Assembly (NCBI GenBank): GCA_027468165.1
Contig: GCA_027468165.1_3951.1
Origin: a phage
Strand: one strand, 5' to 3'
Length of the DNA: 64,000 nucleotides
Part shown: positions 59,848 through 64,000 of the stretch, piece by piece
How positions within the stretch are numbered: position 1 is the first letter of the stretch
Layout of the letters: each line of letters opens with the position of its first letter
The notes under the pieces: model-generated
The model's input: only the letters and a program-made list of their open reading frames with translations
What the model was told of the DNA's origin: nothing
Database searches by the model: none
Made by a program: the position numbers and the translations under genes

Positions 59848-60334
59848 AGGATTTGGCAATTGTCCTACCTATGGTCATTGGGTATCTTTATGTGGGGAAG
59901 TTGACCCCACTAAACATTTTGGTTTTGTCTACCTAGTGTACTGCAAAAAGACTGGACAGTATTATTTGGGTAAAAAACAGCTTAATAGTGTGACCAAAAG
60001 AAAAGTTGCTGGCAAGACTCGGAAGAAGGTAGTCACTAAGGAGAGTGATTGGATGACTTATGAGACTTCTTCTGAGTATATTAAGAAAGATATCGAGAGC
60101 TTTGGAAAAGAATTTTTTGACTTTTACATTATCCAAACCTACTACACGAAAGGTGGCCTAGTTTATGGTGAAGCAAACCTCCAACATAAATTCGATGTAA
60201 TGACAAAAAGGATTGACTCTAAGCTCAGACTCTTCTACAATGCCAATATTGCAGCAATTAAGTTTATTACTAAAGAAACTTATGAAGATGCTGAAAAAAG
60301 AATCCATAAGATAATGAAAGCAAACTGTGCTTGA
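59837..60334 (+). CDS. GIY-YIG domain protein (possible free-standing homing endonuclease)
   Basis: GFVYLVYCKKTGQYYLGKK aligns with the I-TevI GIY...YIG core. Confidence 0.5.
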   Translation: MKIKGFGNCPTYGHWVSLCGEVDPTKHFGFVYLVYCKKTGQYYLGKKQLNSVTKRKVAGKTRKKVVTKESDWMTYETSSEYIKKDIESFGKEFFDFYIIQTYYTKGGLVYGEANLQHKFDVMTKRIDSKLRLFYNANIAAIKFITKETYEDAEKRIHKIMKANCA

Positions 60335-60340
60335 TAACTA

Positions 60341-60586
60341 TTGAGAGAGAATAAAATGTTTAACAAAAGTAAAGCTGTGAGTCATGTAGCAAAGGTTGAC
60401 AGCAAGATTGAAGAACTTGAGCGCATTCTTGCAAATGCCAGAGAGTCAATAATTAAAGAAGTTGAAGCTGTTGAATCTCAAATGCAGCACCTAATGCTTA
60501 AACGTCAAGAGTTACGTGAGCATCTGGAATATATTGAAACACGAGAGCTAAAAGTTAACAGATTTTTAAGGAGTCCGAATGTTTAA
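60341..60586 (+). CDS. Hypothetical coiled-coil protein (81 aa)
   Basis: ORF track. Confidence 0.45.
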   Translation: MRENKMFNKSKAVSHVAKVDSKIEELERILANARESIIKEVEAVESQMQHLMLKRQELREHLEYIETRELKVNRFLRSPNV

Positions 60587-61334
60587 CTCAAGAGAATCAG
60601 TAAAAAACTGGAATCTTCGTTGCGGAAACACCCAAAAGCAACCTTACAGTGATGAGTATTGGGAATCTTTGAAATCCCAGTCTCTGTGTATGCTTGAAGA
60701 AGCAAAAGAGCTTGTAAAAGCAATTGAAGAGAAAGACCCCATTGAGACACTGGATGCTCAGGCAGATTTGCAATATGTTCTTGACGGTTTGATTTACCTG
60801 TCACAACATGACCATAACGGTGCTATGAAAGCTGTTTGCCATAATAATGACCTGAAGTATACAGACGACTATGAAGAAGCTTTAAAGCGTCTTGCAGATG
60901 TTGAGAAGCGTACTGGTCAAGAGTGTATCATTAGAATGTCAGTGGTTGATGGTAAAGAGTGGTATGCGATTGTCCGTGCAGCCGATGGGAAGATTATGAA
61001 GCAATCAAATCTCCCTAAAGTACAGCTTGGTGAATACATTGTAGAGCTTGAAAGCCAAGAACTTTTTGTGGTAGTATCTGAGACATGCGTTATCTGCAAA
61101 GGTATTGTAGGTAGCTTAAAGGATTTGGGTGTAGATGGTTTTGTAGAAGTTAATCCAATTACCTCTAAAGCAGATAAAGATTTCTGTAAAGAGAATGGAC
61201 TATGGATTGCAGATATTGTCTACTACGATGGTGAGCAGTTCCATGTAACCTCATACCCGAAACTGAACTATGATGCTAATAACCTGAAGTGCTGGTTAAA
61301 AGGGGTTGGTTATAATGGATTCACAGAACATTAA
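60579..61334 (+). CDS. Protein with MazG-like NTP-pyrophosphohydrolase-like N-terminus and CxxC-containing C-terminus
   Basis: N-terminus EEAKELVKAIEEKD...LDAQADLQYVLDGLIYL (EExxE...D pattern); C-terminal ETCVICKG; both assignments tentative. Confidence 0.4.
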   Translation: MFNSRESVKNWNLRCGNTQKQPYSDEYWESLKSQSLCMLEEAKELVKAIEEKDPIETLDAQADLQYVLDGLIYLSQHDHNGAMKAVCHNNDLKYTDDYEEALKRLADVEKRTGQECIIRMSVVDGKEWYAIVRAADGKIMKQSNLPKVQLGEYIVELESQELFVVVSETCVICKGIVGSLKDLGVDGFVEVNPITSKADKDFCKENGLWIADIVYYDGEQFHVTSYPKLNYDANNLKCWLKGVGYNGFTEH

Positions 61335-61638
61335 TAAAGAAGGTGTGGCTCAGAAGAGCCACTTCTCAAACTACAATATCTCTATGACGGTGTTTATGTA
61401 TGACCCGTTACTTGAGAAGTATGGTGAGACTCCAGATACACTTCTGGATAATGAACAAGTTTTAAAAGCAGTTCTGTACAAATACGGGATTGATATTGAG
61501 AAAGAGTATTCTTTTGAAATCTGTCAACACAGGAATACTTTTGGCAAAGTTGTAATGGCTCCACTCTTCATGGGTGTAGAAAGAACTGACTATGGTTGGT
61601 TATATCTAAAAAGAAACTTGGAGAAATACCGTGTCTAA
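61306..61638 (+). CDS. Hypothetical protein (110 aa)
   Basis: ORF track. Confidence 0.45.
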   Translation: MVIMDSQNINKEGVAQKSHFSNYNISMTVFMYDPLLEKYGETPDTLLDNEQVLKAVLYKYGIDIEKEYSFEICQHRNTFGKVVMAPLFMGVERTDYGWLYLKRNLEKYRV

Positions 61639-61966
61639 AGCAAAAAAGCTATCTTATGATGACATTATCTCAGGTGCTAAATTAGGTGTTGATAGTATCG
61701 GACAAGATGTTAAGCACGAGGACACAGTTATGTACTGTGACGACCGAAGAGGTAGAAGTGCAATCTTGTTTGGAAGAATTGTTTGCAAAATGCGAGGCAA
61801 TTACGTTGTTGCAGACATGGATGTGAATGTCACACAAAAACTTGAAACAATTATGGATGCTAGTGCACCGTCATGGTTCCTGAATTGTATGCACACTTCT
61901 TCAGTCACAAAAGTAAGTGATAAGTTTTACGATATGTGGCAGAATGAGCAAATTTTCAAGATTTAA
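61631..61966 (+). CDS. Hypothetical protein (111 aa)
   Basis: ORF track. Confidence 0.45.
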   Translation: MSKAKKLSYDDIISGAKLGVDSIGQDVKHEDTVMYCDDRRGRSAILFGRIVCKMRGNYVVADMDVNVTQKLETIMDASAPSWFLNCMHTSSVTKVSDKFYDMWQNEQIFKI

Positions 61967-61972
61967 ACTAGG

Positions 61973-61994
61973 GAGCCTCTTCGGAGGCTCTTTT
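61973..61994 (+). terminator. Intrinsic terminator (GAGCCTC-TTCG-GAGGCTC followed by TTTT)
   Basis: Perfect 7-bp stem plus T-run. Confidence 0.75.
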
Positions 61995-62012
61995 CATCTG
62001 TAGGATTTAAAA

Positions 62013-64000
62013 ATGATTAAGACAATTAAAAAATCAAACGGTACAGTAGTAAACTTTGACCCAGAAAGACTGAATAAGTGGGCATCATGGGCAGATAAGC
62101 GTGGTATTATCTGGTCAGAAGTCACTATGGAAGCCATGAAACGTGTCTATGAAGGTTGCACTACAAAAGAGATGCACCAAGCCATGATTGATGTTTGTGT
62201 TGATAAACAAACTCAAGAGTACTCAGATATGGCTGGACGGCTACTTCTGGGGATTATCTACAAAGAAGCCTTTGGAGGCTTTACTAAGGTTCCTACGCTG
62301 ATTACCTTCGTTAAAAATATGGAGAGAGCAGGACTTTGGGAGAAGATGGACTATTCTCAGGAAGAGCTTGAATATCTGCAAGGGTACATTGTGCACTCAA
62401 AAGATATCTCTTACGGTTATGCAGTCCTGAAACAGTTCAGAGACAAGTATGGTATCCGTGATATTAAAACGGGAAGACTTTTTGAGTCACCACAATTTAT
62501 GTTTATGGGTATGGCTATGAAAGCCTTCGAGAAGCAACCAAAGCACCGTAGACTGCAAGATGTTATCAAGCTGTACACTTACCTATCTGACCTGAAGATT
62601 AATGCTCCTACGCCTTATCTGAATGGTTTAAGAGCTACTAAATCAGGTTATGCGTCATGCTGTTTGATTAAGGCAAACGATACTGCTGAGTCACTTGGTA
62701 TTGCTGCAAAGGTTGCTTATGATATGACTACGAAGCAAGCTGGTATTGGTATGCTGATGGAGACTCGTACTATTGGTGATGGTATCCGTCAAAATACTAT
62801 CGAACACATGGGTAAACTACCTTATTACAAGCTTGTACGTTCATCTGTAGAGGCAAACAAACAAAAGAGCCGTGGTGGTTCAGCTAACAACTTCTACACC
62901 GCTCTAGACCCGCAGATTGAAGATTTACTGCGTTTGAAGCACCCTACAACGGTTCCTTCGAAACGTATTAACGAGATGGACTACTCATTTGGTACAAATG
63001 ATTATTTCTGGCAGTGTGTTCAATATGATACAGACTGGTTGCTATTCTCTTACAAGGATGCACCAAAGCTCTATGACATGTTCTACACAGCATCTGCTGA
63101 TGAGTTTGCTATGGCAGTTGGTCACGCAGTACATTCAGGTGTTAAGCACAGACGGGTGAAGGCTCGTGAAATTGCTAAACTGTTTATCCAGCAGCGTTAT
63201 GCAACAGGCCGTGTGTACCCATTCTTCACGAATAATGCAAACACACATACACCATTTAAAGAGCCTTTGAAGATGTCAAATCTTTGTATGGAAATTGTGT
63301 TGCCAGTGTACGGCTTTGAGAAAGAGACAGACCTTTACAGAGATGATGCTGTGAAAGAGGATGGTGAGGTAGCTCTTTGCTTCCTAGCTAGTTTGGTTGC
63401 AGGGAGAATTTCAGAAGATGAATACGCTGACGTTGCTTATTATGCTCTTGCAATGGTTGACTCCGTTATCGACCTTATGGATTATCCGTATCCGTCGATG
63501 CGCAACCATGTTCAGAAGCGTCGTTCTGTTGGGATTGGCCTTACAAATGTGGCTCATTACCTTGCGAAAAACTACGTGAACTACTCTTCAAGAGCAGGTA
63601 AGACAAAGCTTCATGAGCTTGCTGAAATGCACTCTTACTATTTACACGAAGCTTCTTTAAGACTTGCTAAAGAACGTGGTGTACCTGAGTATATGCAGTT
63701 CACTAAGTATCCTGAAGGTTGGGTTCCTCCGAAAACAGCTAACAGGAAGATTGATGAGAAGCATGATGCAAAACTTCGTTATGATTGGGATGACTTAGCA
63801 CAACGTATTAAAGAAAATGGTGGAATCCGTAACTCTGTATTAGAAGCTTACATGCCTAATGAGAGTTCTTCACTGGCAACTAATACGACAAATGGCCTGT
63901 ATCCAATTCGTGACTTTATTTTAACTAAAAAGTCTGCAACTGGTAACGTACTGTTTATTGTTCCAGACTACGAAGAGTTGAAGTATGTCTATGAAATTGC
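62013..64000 (+). CDS. nrdA: Ribonucleotide reductase class I large subunit, 5' partial (runs off window end)
   Basis: ATP-cone-like N-terminus (MIKTIKKSNGTVVNFDPERLNKW) and active-site motif SNLCMEIVLP; no stop before 64000. Confidence 0.75.
   Translation, partial: MIKTIKKSNGTVVNFDPERLNKWASWADKRGIIWSEVTMEAMKRVYEGCTTKEMHQAMIDVCVDKQTQEYSDMAGRLLLGIIYKEAFGGFTKVPTLITFVKNMERAGLWEKMDYSQEELEYLQGYIVHSKDISYGYAVLKQFRDKYGIRDIKTGRLFESPQFMFMGMAMKAFEKQPKHRRLQDVIKLYTYLSDLKINAPTPYLNGLRATKSGYASCCLIKANDTAESLGIAAKVAYDMTTKQAGIGMLMETRTIGDGIRQNTIEHMGKLPYYKLVRSSVEANKQKSRGGSANNFYTALDPQIEDLLRLKHPTTVPSKRINEMDYSFGTNDYFWQCVQYDTDWLLFSYKDAPKLYDMFYTASADEFAMAVGHAVHSGVKHRRVKAREIAKLFIQQRYATGRVYPFFTNNANTHTPFKEPLKMSNLCMEIVLPVYGFEKETDLYRDDAVKEDGEVALCFLASLVAGRISEDEYADVAYYALAMVDSVIDLMDYPYPSMRNHVQKRRSVGIGLTNVAHYLAKNYVNYSSRAGKTKLHELAEMHSYYLHEASLRLAKERGVPEYMQFTKYPEGWVPPKTANRKIDEKHDAKLRYDWDDLAQRIKENGGIRNSVLEAYMPNESSSLATNTTNGLYPIRDFILTKKSATGNVLFIVPDYEELKYVYEI

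Overview
This window is a contiguous stretch of a virulent tailed-phage genome with no host genes visible. All calls are from reading the sequence and the supplied ORF track; no searches or folding programs were run, and hand-derived coordinates for RNAs and regulatory sites are good to roughly +/-2 nt. Layout: (1) 1-2938, plus-strand small early genes, four of them behind a reiterated promoter/leader cassette; (2) 2940-4660, a gene-free 1.7 kb block packed with short phased repeats; (3) 4666-11479, a minus-strand block of small unknown genes including a T4-type lysozyme and an Ig-like-domain protein with a paralog; (4) 11872-13740, a small basic protein and a vWA/MIDAS protein; (5) 13905-19249, a dense array of about 26 tRNA genes with two embedded ORFs, structured spacer elements and tRNA-like fragments; (6) 19472-43388, the late module (large terminase, portal, prohead protease/scaffold, capsid, sheath- and tube-like proteins, chaperone pair with a likely -1 frameshift, tape measure, baseplate, two tail fibres, holin-like ORFs); (7) 43425-52955, a minus-strand nucleotide-metabolism/replication block (thyA, DHFR, HTH regulator, exported small proteins, DNA ligase, and a family-A DNA polymerase whose coding sequence is interrupted by an HNH-endonuclease insertion); (8) 53183-64000, plus-strand dNMP kinase, T7 gp4-like primase-helicase, SSB, 5'-3' exonuclease, a GIY-YIG-like ORF and the start of class I ribonucleotide reductase. 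Overall architecture resembles tRNA-rich virulent myoviruses (Felix O1-like) with T7-like replication enzymes, but that assignment is inference only. The most interesting candidates are the repeat-dense gene-free block, the interrupted DNA polymerase, and the vWA protein sitting at the head of a tRNA array that contains non-canonical tRNA-like RNAs.
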